Shown here: positions 1 to 14,986 of the stretch, in pieces
How the letters are laid out: each line of letters starts with the position of its first letter
How positions within the stretch are numbered: the stretch's first letter is position 1
Origin: Amoebidium appalachense
Lineage: Eukaryota; Protista; Ichthyosporea
Direction of reading: 5' to 3'
DNA: 64,000 nucleotides
NCBI GenBank assembly: GCA_963693365.1
Contig: CAVNZM010000008.1
Coordinates: 2,296,263 to 2,360,262, forward strand
Notes under the pieces: model-generated
Databases searched by the model: none
Seen by the model: the letters and a program-made list of their open reading frames with translations, nothing else
Told to the model about the DNA's origin: nothing
Position numbers and translations under genes: made by a program

Positions 1-58
1 AGAGGATTGTGGTGATACCCTCTAGGGTGGTGGTGGTGGTGGTGGTGGTGGGTGTGTT

Positions 59-92
<34 letters not shown>

Positions 93-577
93 TGAGGGAG
101 GGGCATGTGTGTGTTTGTTTGATGTGTGTGTGTGCTTTTTTTTTTTTTTTTTTTTTTTGGGGGGGGGGGGGGGGGGATGCCTTGTTTAGTAGACACCCGT
201 CCTATTGCAGACACTGTGCATACAAACAGGCACACGGGCGATCACGGACATACACAAACATGTACACGTGTACACGCATACGCTGCTCTAAGTGCCTATT
301 TACTAGATCATGTGCAGTGGCAAGCCGCTTGCTTTGATACACCCGCGCAGTTACACACGATATTTACGGTCAAACGCGCTAGTGCACAACTGCTATGACG
401 GGCGTGTGTGTATTATGTTTTTGTTTAAGTGGTGTATGGGGAATGGCTTCGTTTACTCGTATTTGATAAGTCATGCGAGGAGTCGGTGTTTGAACGTATA
501 TCCTTTGTATGTTTGTTATTTTTCCAATAGACGTGCTGGCGATCGATTAATTGATCAAATCTCCTGCCTCCGAGCAG

Positions 578-934
578 GCACGAGAGCACTTTCTTCGCCC
601 GGCACCACCAGCAGCAATCAACAACGAGGTGGACCCCATCTTTGGCCACGACGAGGACTTCCCAGATGTGGTATGTACCCCCCCCCCCTCTCCAACCCCT
701 CACCGATCTTGCCGTGAGGATGGGTTCTGCTTTACGTTGCATGCTGTGTGCATTGTTGATGCTACATGTTTGAATGTTTGGCTTGGCATGTGTCCTGCAC
801 CGTGTTTCTCATCGTGTTGTGGTACTTTGTACTGAGTTCCGCATTCTCCCCCCCCCCCCCCCCCAAAAAAAAAAAAAAAAATGAGGAAAAAACAAACTGG
901 AAAAAAAGAAGAGGAAAGCACACACCCGTGCGCG

Positions 935-978
<44 letters not shown>

Positions 979-1000
979 CACACAGGCACACAGGCACACA

Positions 1001-1040
<40 letters not shown>

Positions 1041-1440
1041 AGAAGAAGAAGAAGAAGAAGAAGAAAATCAAAAAAAAAAAAATCACGCTCCCGCACACCC
1101 ATACCTAAAAAACCGCACACTTGCATGCTCTTGCATCCACACATGCCCTCCCCTCCAATTCCTGGCTACCAAAATGAATTCATACCACAGTGACCTCATC
1201 TAGAACTTGACGAGGCACAGGGGGGTCGACACCTATTATTATTTTGTCCGCATGTGTTAAATCCTGCATACTCGCTGAATGTCTGAACACGTAATGCTTG
1301 CAAATGTCTGCATACTCACTCTTACCCACGTGCAGGTTGACGAGTGGACGGTGTTCTGGTCGGTTGCCATGGTAGCAATATGCGGCGTCATCCGATTTGT
1401 GTACACAAAGTGGCTTGCCCTGGAGTCTGAAACCCCATGA
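578..1440 (+). CDS. 3' end (last two exons, 578-670 and 1336-1440) of a gene entering from the left; probable C-terminally anchored membrane protein
   Basis: CAG|578, exon of 31 codons, donor GTATGT at 671; TGCAG|1336 to TGA at 1438-1440; both junctions phase 0. Translation AREHFLRPAPPAAINNEVDPIFGHDEDFPDV-VDEWTVFWSVAMVAICGVIRFVYTKWLALESETP* has one hydrophobic helix near the C-terminus. Family not recognised. Confidence 0.6.
714..848 (+). repeat. Diverged copy of the dispersed intronic repeat family (TGA-GATGGG-TCT...CATTC)
   Basis: Starts GTGAGGATGGGTTCTGCTT, contains GTACTTTGTAC, ends CGCATTC followed by a C-run. Matches both ends of the copy core at 5093-5203. Confidence 0.6.
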
Positions 1441-3041
1441 ACCTGCATTGAATTTCTTCGTTGTGTCACAACACATGTACACCCGAGACTCCAGGCAACC
1501 CGGGGCTTCAAGCTTCTCCCCCTTTTTAATGGAACTGAAGCTTTATTGAAAAATTTGTGGGAAGAGTTGTTCGTGTGTTAGATTCTATGTGATGTAGAAC
1601 ACTTTGACCAATAGTTCTGACAAATCGACTGGGTATGGGTGCGCTTTTGGGAGTTGTGCAGTTAACGCTCAAAAGCAGATGCTTCGACATTTCTGCAACA
1701 GATTAGTGAATGGCAAGATCAAAGTTGAAAGTCAAAGATTTACGGATGCCAAATACTTCTACACATAAATACAAAGCTTTGTTCAGAAGGACTCCACAAC
1801 ACTTGGTTTCACATTGGATTGTCAGTAGCTTTTTCGATTTGACCAACTGGGTTGGGTATGAATAGATGTCAATTATCAGAGTGTTCACCATGGCCCTGGC
1901 CAACATCACAATTAATGCCATCCATCCCAGCCACTCACAAATGTGCCCTGGACACACAACAGGTCAACGAAACAACGACATGTATTGCTCTGCCGTACAC
2001 GTATCGTATTGCCAGAATCTCCTATGGTGGGTTTGAATTGGAGCAGGCCTCGTATACCTTGAATAAATATGACCCTTTTTTGTGTGCACATGCATGTTTG
2101 TATGATATCCAGTCAGCCGTATTGCAACATGCACGCCATCGACATGAGCGTATGTGTACATGTACAGCTAATTCTTTGCAGACCACAAACTACCAGACTA
2201 CCGTACACCTCTGGCTAGAGTGGCTAACAAGCAAACAACATTCACATGTGGTGGCACATGTTGGCTGAATATGCACAGGTGCTCCATGCATGCCATCACA
2301 ATAGAATACTCATCCACGTCATCAATAACCATTCCTATTGGCTGCGTCCTACCCACAGAGCTTCCAATAGAAAGGCGCCTCGATATGCATCATATTGCCG
2401 GCAGGCACAAGATTCGCTTGATATATTGTATCGATGCCTGACAGTCAGTGCATAAACAAAGCAAAGTCTACTGTAACCTGTTGGACTCCCTTAATAGCTT
2501 TATAGTTTTAATATTTTCTCCGTGCGTCACCATTTGTACACATATGATATGTCTGGTAATACTCCGTATCTGCATAAAGTGATCTTGGGATCGGACCGAG
2601 TGCGTATCTTGTACATGTACATGCAGATCTTGTCTGGATCTCATGAGAGGACCGCCCAGAAGCACTGACTCACTCGTTCGAAATTCACATACCTTCAGCT
2701 GATTCTAAAGACAATAATAGTTTTCTAATTAGAGGCCATGAAAGTACTAGATGCTTGCTGCAGGCTAAATAGAGGTTTATATGATCCTTATAGGTTATTT
2801 TTATAACGACATGCACCAGATGCACATAGCATGTTCACGTATGCACGAAACTATAACCATGCCATGGCATCGAGAAACAGAGAAATATGGAAACTAGTAA
2901 TAAATAGGAGCTCACTTCTTCGATCCTCAGTACTAAAAGTCCAAAGGAGATTCTGTTCGTATTTCTTATCCCCATGAAGCGCAGGAAACCGTTCAAGCTG
3001 TTCATGGAAGTAACTGCCTTGCAGCGGTTGTAATAATAGGA

Positions 3042-4376
3042 ATGGAGACTGGAGATGGGACCCCAAACGGGGACGGAGCCAATGGCATACAGCAAGGAAA
3101 CAACGGTGGGGGCCAGGTGAGATTAACACGGGCGTAGCTGCTTCTAGTTAGTTTATTAGACGCCCCAACGCCCGTTTCCCCCTCTCCCCCTCCCGTCCCC
3201 CCTCCCGTCCCCTCTCCTCCCCGTTCCCCCGCCCGCTTCCCCCCCCCCGGGACGGCACTCCCCCCCCCTTCCCCCTTAACAACCAGGAAACCTTGTCTCC
3301 CTCTCCGCTCATTACTTTGCACACATCCCTGTCTGTTAACCATGTCGTGCTTGTCTATAACATTTACCTTGCACTTTGCTATATGAACCAACCTCGTCTT
3401 GGTGCTGCCTCATCACCAACCACTGGTCATATCAGCGTTCGAACATTAGGAGCAACTTTTTCCTCTCCACTCATAGTTGAATGACACTTGTTTCAGTGCA
3501 CCTGCTCATTTAATTTTTCTCAGCTATTGCGCCTTCTTGTTTTGAGGAGAGTTGGGATGTCAGTTTTGTTTGTTCTCACCTGTTTGCTTTGCATCTGATA
3601 CCTCCTGATCGTTTTTCTCTCACTCCCACAGCTCTACGAGAATGTGAATGTCCAAGCGCTGAATGCCCAAGCTCTCCAGGGTTTGCGAGTGCGAAACATG
3701 GTACAAGTTGCTTTGGACAACAGCTCAGCGAGCAATTTTTCTTTACAACAAATAAACACACAAGGAAACCTTTTCCAAGGAGCATCCAGTGGTAGTTTCA
3801 TGGATAGCCAAGGAGACCAAGCAGATTTTCAGACACAGTTTCAAAACCAACAGAAAGCGTTGGCGCAAACACAGCAGCAGCAACAACAGCTAGCTCCCCA
3901 GCAACCATCCTTGAACCCAACATTTCCAAACTTAGCTGAACTGTATTTTGGCCAGCAAGGATTACCAGCTCAACCGCACATGTCTGTTGATCCATTTAGA
4001 AACCAGCCTGTGTATGACCCAACAGGGTCGCAGTTCCAGCAATTTTCGGGTCGGCCGAATGGGCAAGAGCAGGGGGGCAATGCTGCCCAGATGGCTCTTA
4101 CGAATGGATTGTCACTTGTTGGGCAGGTATGATATGATGTTTTTGAAGTCCTGCCAGTGGGTACTGATTTCATGTGTCAAGAAAGTGTAATGTGGTGGGG
4201 TGTAGTCCATTTCGGTAGCTCTTTTATTTTTTATCGTGGTTTAGCTTTTCCTTGCAGTGTCGTGCTCTCTCTCCTTCGTTATTTTCCTCTTTTATCTTTT
4301 ATCTCTCTCTCCTCTCTTTCTCCCCCCCCCCCCCCCTCTTTCTCTCTCTCTCCCCCCCCCCCCCCCCCCCCGCCCT

Positions 4377-4430
<54 letters not shown>

Positions 4431-5724
4431 ATCTATCTCTCGCGGCACTCTCTCCCTCTCTCTCGCACTCTCTTTCTCTCTCTCCCTCTCTCTCTGTCCC
4501 CCCCACCCCCACCCTTCCTCTCTATCTCCTCTATTCTCCCTCTTTCGCTCTTTGCGTCCTCCCCTCCCCACCCTCCCCCCTCCCCCCTGTCCCCCATCTC
4601 TCGTTTCTTCCCTGATTCTGTGTCCCCTGTTCCCTCCCCTTCCCCAGTGCATCCGGTTCCTTTGTTTCTTCTGTTCTTCACTTCCCTTCACCTCCATTCG
4701 TTCCCTTTCCTTCTTGTGTGCCCCTTCATGGCTGTAAGCAGACTCATTCAGCCCTCTCCCTCCCTCTCTCCACCCCTTCCTCTCTGCCTTCCCGCCTGTG
4801 TCTAATTCGCCTTTTCTCTCTGCCCACCTTTCTCCTCCCCCCCCCCCCCCCCCCTCTCCCCTTTGAAAGATCTGCATCACACACACAGACACACACACAC
4901 ATGTGAATATAAATATGTAGTTCTTCCTGTCTCCCTTCCTCTCCATCTTCCTTACCCCCTCTTCCTCCCTCTCACATGCTCACCATCATCAATCCCCCCT
5001 CTTCTTTCCCACCATTTATTTTGCTCTCTTTCTGAGCCCCCGCCCCCCCCCCCCCCCTCCCTCCGGGTACTGTGGATGACGTGGGCCCCCCCTGAGGATG
5101 GGCTCTGCTTATTATGCATACTCTTTATGTATGGCTTGCATTCTGCATCGTGTTATCCGTTTGTTCTTGTGTACTTCGTACTTTTTGACGCATTCAAAAC
5201 CCCCCTCCCCTCCCTCCCTCCCTCCCCCCCCCCCCCCCCCCCCCCCCCCCCGCCCGCCCGCCCGGGGCCGTCCCCCGGTGCTGTCTGCAACCTTTTCCGT
5301 GTCCCCTTGGCCTTTCTAGATTAGTATGAATAGGCACACACCTTCGTGCATAGTTTCTTTGGTAGTGAGCATATGGACGTGTACTTTCCTATGCATATCC
5401 TAATCGGCCACACCAGACCCATGCACGCACGCACCTGCTCATCCACTCACTCACAGTCTCTCTTTCATGTGTGTGTGTGTGTGTGTGTAGTCTTTCATGT
5501 GTGTGTGTGTGTGTGTGTAGGTGTGTGTGTGTGTGTAGGTGTGTGTGTGCGTGCGTGTGTACGTGTGTGTGTGTATGTAGGTGTGTACCCACACGTATGT
5601 TCATTTCTGTCTCCCTATTTTCGTTCCGGGCCCCCATGCCTCACGCAGATGACTAACACCAGCACACAACCACACGAACACAAATGACTTGCATGAGCAG
5701 CAGTGCGTACACCACACGTGGGCG

Positions 5725-5807
<83 letters not shown>

Positions 5808-6687
5808 CTTGGGAGCTTCTCCAGCATATCCAACATGTTATACGGGCAGGGCTCAGCCGGCCTCTTGCGCGCAGGGGTTGGTGGGCTTGGTGTGTCATCT
5901 ATGCCCAACCTATCATTGAATATGGGCGGAGCTGGGGATCTGCTCCAACCGCAGCTGAATTTGGGCTCAAATTCTGCACTGTTACAAGCACAACAGGTGC
6001 TTATGCAGGTAGGGGTGTGTGGGGGTGTGTGTGTGTGGGAGGGGGGGGGGGGGGGGGGGGGGGGGGCAGGTTGCGGGAATGTGTGTGGGTGGGTAGGTTT
6101 GGCTTTGTGGGTGCGGGTGTCCTTGTGGTTGGACATGGGTGGGTGTGTGTGTGGATGGGCAGGTCTGGATATGGGCGTGGGTGTGGGTGTGGTTGGGTAG
6201 GTGGAAATCGGTGTTTGGGTGGGTGAGTGGGTGGGTGGATGGGTACGCGGGTGTGTGTTGTCCTTGTTCGAGGGAGAGAGAGAGACACACACACAGAGAG
6301 AGAGGGAGAGAGAGGCCGGTGTGTCTGTCTGTGTGTATGTGTGTATCTGTATGGGTAGCAGGCACTTGTTTTCCTATGTGCGTGCGCGTAGTGGGTGTCT
6401 CGACCACCACTATTCCTCTCTTATATGGCATCACATCTTTACCTCTTGATGTTTGTTTCTATTTGGTATTATTATCTACCCATTTATTTTTTCCGTTGCA
6501 ACGGGTATTCGCGCTCTTGCAAACAGCATACTTATGGCTGCCGTGTTACAGTCCTACAGTACGTGCAGCAGCTTTTTCTGATCTGTGTTTTTTTTTCGTT
6601 TACATGTCTTGCTTAATAGGTTAATCTGACCGTTTCAAATGGTCAAATTCAATTCCTTCGTGTATCATATTACGTCTAACTCATACA

Positions 6688-6737
<50 letters not shown>

Positions 6738-6802
6738 CTCTTTCTCCCCCCCCCCCCCCTCTCTTCCAACTAAACACACCCACGAACACACACACACCCA
6801 CC

Positions 6803-6846
<44 letters not shown>

Positions 6847-7855
6847 CACACACACACTACAGCAGCCTTTTCTGATCTGCAATGTCCCACCCAACTCCTA
6901 CTTTTACCCATTATTAAGCCGATCGCCTCATCGCTTTATCTCCATTGGCTAACAACCTAACCACCAAACAGCAACAACAACAGACACAGGCACTCCTCCA
7001 GCAACAAGCCCAACAACAACAGCAACAACAACAAGTAGAGCTACTCCTATTGCAACTACACGCCATGCGCCAGCGGCAACAACAACAAATCCAGTCGCTT
7101 TTACAGACGCACCAACTAGAACAGTTGGATTTGTTGGCGAGATTACAAGCGGCTATGGGAGGGGCAAGTATTATGCCGAGCACACAGCCCACCACACCTA
7201 CAACACAACAGCAACAGCAGCAGTCTGTGCCGCATACACCCCAGAGGAGTGAAGATGGGGATATGAAACTTCAGCAGGCAGATGCAAACCAACAGGTAAT
7301 GCAGACACACAAACAGCTGGGCACGTGTGGAGGAACAGCTACACATGTACACGTTTAGACTCAGGACATATTCTAACCCGCAAGCATGTGTATGCACAAC
7401 ATGCACGCGTTTGCTTGTACACGTGCACACATGAGGCACACACAGGTAGAACATAACATATATGGGCGGAAACACACATGTGCAAGCACAAGCACATGCA
7501 CGAAAACACTTGCATACACACACACAGACACAAATATGCACAAAAGATATTCAACACTCCCAGGATCGTGCTAATGCACAGACACGCACATCAACATGAG
7601 CACCTGCATGAACACAGGCGCACACATGTACACGAAACCACACACACACACACACACATGCGCGCGCGCGCATGCGCGCAAACACACACATGCACATGCA
7701 CATGCACCACTCACACACACAAGTACGCCTGCAGACACACATACACATGTGCACATGCAACACAAGCACACCCACACACACACCACACACATATTCTTTA
7801 CCAGCGCATGCGACCGCGTGCTCGACGCGCACCCTCACACACACACATTCACTTC

Positions 7856-7886
<31 letters not shown>

Positions 7887-9499
7887 CCCTCCCCCCCCCC
7901 CCCTCACTCCCTCACTCCCTCCCTCCCTCCCTCTTTCTCTCTCTCTTTCCCTCGCCAATTACAAGACACAGAGACAGGCACATACACCACACACAAACAT
8001 GTAAAGCACGTCAACCTAATAATGTGGACGTGCAGAACATGCTTGAAAACAGACACCCGCATTCCCCCCCCCCCCACCCCCACCCCCACCCCCACCCCCC
8101 CCCCCCCTTGTCCCGCAAAAAGCCTGCACCCCTTTTCCTGTCTGCACGGTCCTGTTCATAAAAATGCATGCTCTGACCATGCCCACACAACCAAACATCT
8201 ACCCACCAAAAAACCCTAACTCTCAATCTATCGAAATTCCCAGCCCACCACCACAGCACCGCCGACACCCCAGAAAACACCCAACGAAGTTTCCGAAAAC
8301 ACCAACGGGCAGACACAGACCGGCACCTCACTAACCCAAAATCCGCAACCAAAATCCGGAGGCAACCTCCCACCCCCCACCCCCACCCACGCACCACCAC
8401 CACCACCACAACAACACACGGCACAAGAAACAGCACCCCCGAAACAACAAAAAACCAACGCCAAACAACAAACACGCGCCACTGCACCCGCAACGAACAC
8501 ACAGGGGCAAACACAGGACAAAACACAACATTTGACGCAACCGCGGGGAAAGGTGCTAGGAACAACGCCCCCAGGCACACGACCAACAAGCCCACAACCT
8601 ACACAGCCACCACAACGCCCACCAAGCGCAACCCCTGCAAGCCCAAAACACGTACCCGGTGCACCACCTTTTCCACCCATGCACATGCCATATATGCCGC
8701 CACCACACATACCATGGTTTCCGGGGATGCCCCCCCTCCGTTTTTAGTTCCCCCCGGCGCATATCCGGGACCCCCGCGCCCCCCAGGTCCTATGGGGATG
8801 TATTCTGTAAAGGGTGCTGTGTCTTCGGAGAAGGATGGGTCGGGTGATCATGAAGGGAGTGGGAATGATAGCGATAGTGATAGGAGGAGGGATGATGCAA
8901 TGTATTCGACGGAGGAGAGTGAAGCGGTGTCACAGAAGAGGGAGAGAAACTCGGCTGCTTCGACAAGGTTTAGAATGCGGAAGAAACAGAAGGTGTGTAG
9001 GTGTGTGTGTGGGGGGGGGGAGGGGGGGAGTGGGGGTGGGAGTGGGGTGGGGTGGACGGGTTGGGGGGGGGGGCGGGGGGGGAAGGGGGGGAAGAGGGGG
9101 GGGGGGGGACCGGGGGGGGACCGGGGGCGGGGTAGGGGTGTGGGTGTGGGTGGTGGGGGTGAGCGGGGCCGATGTTGTGTGTGTGTGTGCATGTGTGTGG
9201 GTGTTGGTGTGTTCGTGTGTGTGTTTTGTTTACGGCAGATGGGCTGTATTTCATTGTTGGTGATGCATGTGTGTGCCTGTGTGTGTTGTGCCTGCTCTGC
9301 TTGCGGTTAAAGAAGGGGGGGAAGGGGAGGGGTGGGGGGGGGGGGGGGGGGGGGTGGATGGGGGGGTTCGATTGTAATCGTAGTGATGGAGTGTTTGTTG
9401 TGAAAGGAAAGGGGGGGGGGGGGGGGAGAGAAGGGGTCGGTTGGAGAGGGGAGGGGAAGGGTTGTAGAAAAAGAGAGAGACAAAGAAATATGGAGAAGT

Positions 9500-9556
<57 letters not shown>

Positions 9557-9559
9557 CCA

Positions 9560-9600
<41 letters not shown>

Positions 9601-10231
9601 ACAATGTGTCCTTTACATCGTATGAACCTTTGGCCTGAGAGATGGTGCAGGCTGTTACAGGGAGGCAGCATGTGGTGCAGTCTGGCAGGAAGGAAAGAAG
9701 AAGGGGAGGGGGGGGGAGGGGGGAAGGGTATGCTTTTACCATAGAAATGCATGGATGGGCGTGAGGGAGATGACGGGAAAGGTAGTGATTAGAGATAGGC
9801 TCGAGTGTGTAGGTGAAAGGCATGGGGGTTGGGGGTATTAAATTGTGTGGGTGTTCAGACTTGCTTGCATCGGTGTAAGTTCGAAGTTTTTGATGTGTTG
9901 TTGACTTTTTGTGTTTATACAGATGTTGGAGCTGCAACGTGCCACCCAAGAAATGGCCAACAAATGCAACCAACTGGAACAAGAGTGTGCAGCCCTCGAA
10001 CAGGACGTGACTAGGCTGAAGGCAAGATTGACCCACGGTGCGGAGGTGAAGCAAGAGCCCAATGCGGATGGTACCTCCATGCAGATGCAAGGGGGGCAGG
10101 CAAAACCGTATAACTATCAAGAGCATGCCGCAAAGTTTGGGATGGTGCGGGGAGGGGGGGAACAGGGCGCGCGTGCCGGGGCAGGGAATCAACGAACGGG
10201 GGGAGGAAGCAAACAAAAACAGCAGAAATAG
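3042..10231 (+). CDS. Glutamine/proline-rich bZIP transcription factor with a Cys3/MetR/Zip1-like basic region; exons 3042-3116, 3632-4126, 5802-6008, 6972-7295, 8244-8992, 9923-10231
   Basis: All junctions are GT-AG and phase 0. Exons 5 and 6 join to give [56 protein letters not shown], a basic region plus leucine zipper. One apparent frameshift in the C7 run at 8730-8736 (C8 restores the frame), probably a homopolymer error. Start codon is tentative. Confidence 0.85.
5064..5203 (+). repeat. 140-bp dispersed intronic repeat, identical to 41646-41785
   Basis: Base-by-base reading gives the same 140 nt (CGGGTACTGTGGATGACG...GCATTCAAAACCCC) in bZIP intron 2 and flotillin intron 11. Confidence 0.92.
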
Positions 10232-10431
10232 TGGGTGTAGGGGGTGTGGGTATTAGGTGGGAGAGTATAGCTGGATACTTGTGTGTGTTTGGTTGCGCAT
10301 GTTGTGATGGTGTAGAACGTGCGCGCATGTGGGCCCCGCGTGCGCAAGGTAGCTATAGCTATACACACGCACTCAGACACGACGCTCGCGCACCTCTTGC
10401 CCCCCCCCCCCGGCCGTCCCTCACCACCACA

Positions 10432-10464
<33 letters not shown>

Positions 10465-11491
10465 GGAGCGGATTTAGCCGGGCCTACATCACGCAGTATT
10501 GCATACACAATTCAGGTGCACAACATGCATACACGTGTATGCCCCTATGACGTACGCATCAGCGCACACGGTTGCACACATAGGGTGCCATGTAGTGCTG
10601 CCGTGCACACACACAACCAGCATAAACCAATCATATCTGCGATTCAGCATAAACCAATCATATTGTGCGATTGGTGCGAATGGAAGCTGCTAGTAGTTCA
10701 CAGAATTGTAGTGTTTGTTTTTCTACTCGGCATTATGTGTTTAAAATACTGTTTAACTGGGTCGCATATGAATTACAATACAGCATGTTGGAGGTTTCGG
10801 TAGGCTTAGACCAGTGGTGAATCGAGCGCGGTTAAATATCCCATATTTAGGCATTTTAGTGTGCCTTTGGATTTATTCTTAAATTTCGAATGGCCGTGTG
10901 TGCCTGGTTGCACACAAGGTTTAGATGGCTGAGCATGAATATTTCATGATGACGAGAACTCACTCCCCATTGAGCTCATGAGCTTGCAGCAAAGAAAACA
11001 TCCCGTATGCTTATGCATCCGTACATACATTATGCTTAATTCGAAGACCCCCCCTCCCCCCCTTCCCGCCCCCTCCCCCACAGATATAGATTTATCGTTG
11101 CAGAGGCTGAACATGTACATGCATCTTTGCTATGTCGTCCTCGCATGTTGGACACTTCTCTTGGCATTCGTTTCACCTGCATGCTGAATTCACTAATAGT
11201 GCTAAAGGTTCTCTGTGCTGTCTGTTGTCATGGTCACCTCACAATTATACTCAGTCTGTTATAACCGCAATTTCATCGATCCCTCCCCTCCCCCTCCCCC
11301 CCCCCCCCCCCCCCCCTCCCCTCCCAAAAAAATCCCTCCCCCCCCCCCCCCCCCCCCCCCCCCCCCGCCCGCCCCAATGCACTTACCACGTCAGGCACGC
11401 ACGCACGCACACATGCATGCACACACACACACACACACACGCACGCACGCACGCACACACACGCACACACACACACATACAAGCACAAACG

Positions 11492-11581
<90 letters not shown>

Positions 11582-12236
11582 TTTGTACACACACACACAC
11601 AACCGCCCCTCCGGATCCCCCCCCCCCCCCCCCCCCCCCCCTACCCTGTTGCCTTTTGCCCCATGTAACGCCGCAGTAAATAGTTTTCACTGACTGCAGA
11701 TTACATCTCTTTATAATGCGGCTGATGTCCAAATATGATTAGTTATGCCTGTATTTTATATGGTGTTGCATTTTTTTTTTTAAGAATGACAAATGATGGT
11801 CTGGCACAATTTTTTTTCGTGATTAGACTACATAATTATTCTCATGACATGTACTTGATTCCGATTGAACTGTTTTTTTTGTACATGTGGGGAAAAAAAA
11901 AGAAAACACCTGCAGCCTCAATAATTTACTCGCATGTACAGTAACATATTTGCAAGCTGCACACCACCCCCTCGCTAGAATAACTTTTCTTCCTCAGTCG
12001 GACCCTCCGCCCACACACACATACACCATGGATTCATACACACACACGCACGCACACGTACATGTACATGTGATGCACACAGTACACACGCATACACACC
12101 ATGCTCACACATACACCATGCAAGCCCGCACACCCGCACACACACAACACCAACAACACCCCCCCCCCCCCCCCCCCCCCCCCCCCCGACCCTCCCCCCC
12201 CCCCCCCCCCTTTCACCCCCCCCAAAAACACACCGT

Positions 12237-12295
<59 letters not shown>

Positions 12296-12703
12296 CCTGT
12301 CGAGCACCTATGTACGTGCCCACAACGAAGCAAACTGTGTGCACAACTACGTCTAAGGGTTGTCATGCCCGTGCATGTGGATGGGTTGCAGTTATCCGCT
12401 GTATGTCTATTATTTTCACCAATGGCTTAGCTGAGCACACAGATAGCCCTATTTAGTGTACTGTCGGTGCTGTGTGGTAGACGATAGTTCCCTCGAGGGC
12501 CTGCAAGGGTCCTCCGGGAACAAAACATGAGGAGAAAAAAAAAAAAAAAAAACTAGTACTTCGCTTCCGCAACTGCTTCGGGTCCGTTTGCTACACATGC
12601 CGCTTCTTTTGGGAAGGGCTAGCAGCGTTGAAATTCTTTCCCGTTCGAACTTTTTGTTTTCCTTTTCTGTTCTTTCTCTTCTTTCCTTTTCTCCATCATA
12701 CCC

Positions 12704-12735
<32 letters not shown>

Positions 12736-13400
12736 CCCCTCCCCCCTCCCCCCTCCCCCCTCCAAAGCCAATTTTTGGATATCATGATACGGCAATGTAT
12801 ATGTCGGAGTCCCAGGCGTGGATTGGTTCTTGCATACCGTGGTAGGATAAGTGCTTCAAGTGTATTTCTGGAATATTTAATACAGCCTGTTTGCCAATGG
12901 AGAGGTTATGCCGTACTAGCGATATTATAAAAATTTGTATTATTGGGTGTATGATGAATATTCATGAATTCTTTGTGGTCTATCTAATTTCTTTAAAACA
13001 TTTACACGGAATATCTCCCCGTGAGACTCGGAGATGAAATCACCCTCCCATTTTGTTTTTGTCTACTACAATGACCTTGTGGGCACTGTTTGCAAAGTCT
13101 ATGCTACAATATTGATATTCCGGCTTTTTTTTGTATCATTGAAACTTTTTTTTCGCAGGCCAAAACTTCCCGCCAAAATTTCTATATTTGGCTAAGTGAT
13201 GCGATCGCGCGCGAATTACTGTATCTGATATGGTATAAAAAAGAAGCAAGGTGCATTTCACAGCCCGTGCTCAATAATAAAGTGGGTGGGCATCATGATG
13301 TGTTCAACTTGGTAGGTGGACGGTGGTGATGATGGTCGAACTAGGTGCATTCTGTGTGCGTGCGCATAGTCTGAGACGCGCACACGTGCGTGCGCGCACG

Positions 13401-13440
<40 letters not shown>

Positions 13441-13446
13441 CGCGTA

Positions 13447-13479
<33 letters not shown>

Positions 13480-13481
13480 CA

Positions 13482-13544
<63 letters not shown>

Positions 13545-13846
13545 TGCGTGTGTGCGCCATGCGCGTGTCGTGGTGACCCTTCCGTGATGTTGGTTGAAGC
13601 TGGGGGAGGGGAGAGAGGGGGAGGAGGAAAAGGGAGGGAAAGGGGGGGAAGAGGGGTAGGACAACTCTGTGGTTCTGTCTCTACCTATTAAGGAACAATA
13701 CCGGCATCTTCACACATACATACTGAGTGATGCACCCAAGGTCTGGCCTGATATTTATTGAAAGAAGCGATCACACATACGTGCGCGCGCACGAACGCAC
13801 GCACGCACGCACGCACGCACACACGCACGCACATACACACACTGTG

Positions 13847-13972
<126 letters not shown>

Positions 13973-14014
13973 AAGAGAGAGAGACACACACAGACACACA
14001 CAGACACCCCCCCC

Positions 14015-14074
<60 letters not shown>

Positions 14075-14147
14075 AAAATTAGCCCACATATCCGAAATCT
14101 TCGTCATTTACATGTATTCACAGAGCATTTTTTCCTAAATTTTGGGT

Positions 14148-14986
14148 GGTAGTGAAAGTTGAGCTGCCAAAACTGTGCCCTCCACCCGCCAGCGTGGTAC
14201 GGCAACACTTCTTCGTCTTTGTCTTGTGGTGGGTTCTTGAGTGGGTGCTTGTCTGGGATGGCAACAACAATGCACACTGTTTCAAAACTTACGGATTTAC
14301 AGTCGTGGATTGCCAGCGCCGCAGCTACTCCCTCGGCGCCTTGACACTTCTTGACCAAGCGCGTGGGGCCGCGCGTGGGGCCGAGGCGCTGCTCTGTTGC
14401 AGAGAATGGGAAAAATGCGAAAATCCCTGTGGAATTTCAAAAATGATTTTGTGATTGATCGGCATACCTGGGCCGTTAACTAATTGCCGAATGCCGATGC
14501 CAGGATCAGACTCAGGGTCACAGAGAAAGTCCGACAAGTTTTGATGCAGCCGCCGCGGAAGAAGAACAACAACAACAACAACAAGAAAACAAAACAAAAC
14601 AAAAAAAACAAAAAAAAACAAACAAAAAAAAAAAAAAAAAAAAAAAAAACGCACACACATTACATATTACTTGACGCTAGCAAATATTACATAATAATTG
14701 ACGCTAGCATCCAGCGTGGAGCATCAATTAACCGCTTTATGAATATATCTATTGATGAATAGTAGCCAATAAGTTTATTAATTTTGCGTTCTGATTGGAA
14801 GGTATTTATAGGCGCTGGCACCATGGCAATGGGCTTTAGCCCATCTCTCTGAGTTTGAAGTGTTTTCAAATTCGCATCTTCCTCTGACAAGACACCACCA
14901 CTAGCAGGAGTAACGATAAGTGTGGGGCTTGGCATGTTCGAATCAGTGTTTGCGCTCGAGGAGCTGTAGTTGGCGTGAGCTGCCAT
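14148..14986 (-). pseudogene. Rolling-stone-like copy C: exon-1 fragment interrupted by a ~545-bp insertion (~14312-14856) and truncated
   Basis: MAAHANYSSSSANTDSNMPSPTLIVTPASGGVLSEEDANLKTLQ (ATG 14986) resumes after the insert as IHDCKSVSFETVCIVVAIPDKHPLKNPPQDKDEEVLPYHAGGWRAQFWQLNFHY. Homology to copies A and B stops near 14148. Confidence 0.8.

Noticed and set aside
1690-2270. Short protein-like frames between the first gene and the bZIP gene; similar cases at 21800-21885, 23428-23655, 31437-31766, 44352-44561 and 48990-49214
   Set aside because: No recognisable motifs, consistent splice partners or codon bias.
8730-8736. Programmed frameshift in bZIP exon 5 (and at 23168-23172)
   Set aside because: Both are single missing bases in C-runs, the typical long-read homopolymer error. 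No slippery heptamer or stimulatory structure was seen.
13150-13220. E2F-like TTCCCGCCAAA and CG-rich motifs
   Set aside because: No adjacent gene start could be identified; a short motif alone is not enough.
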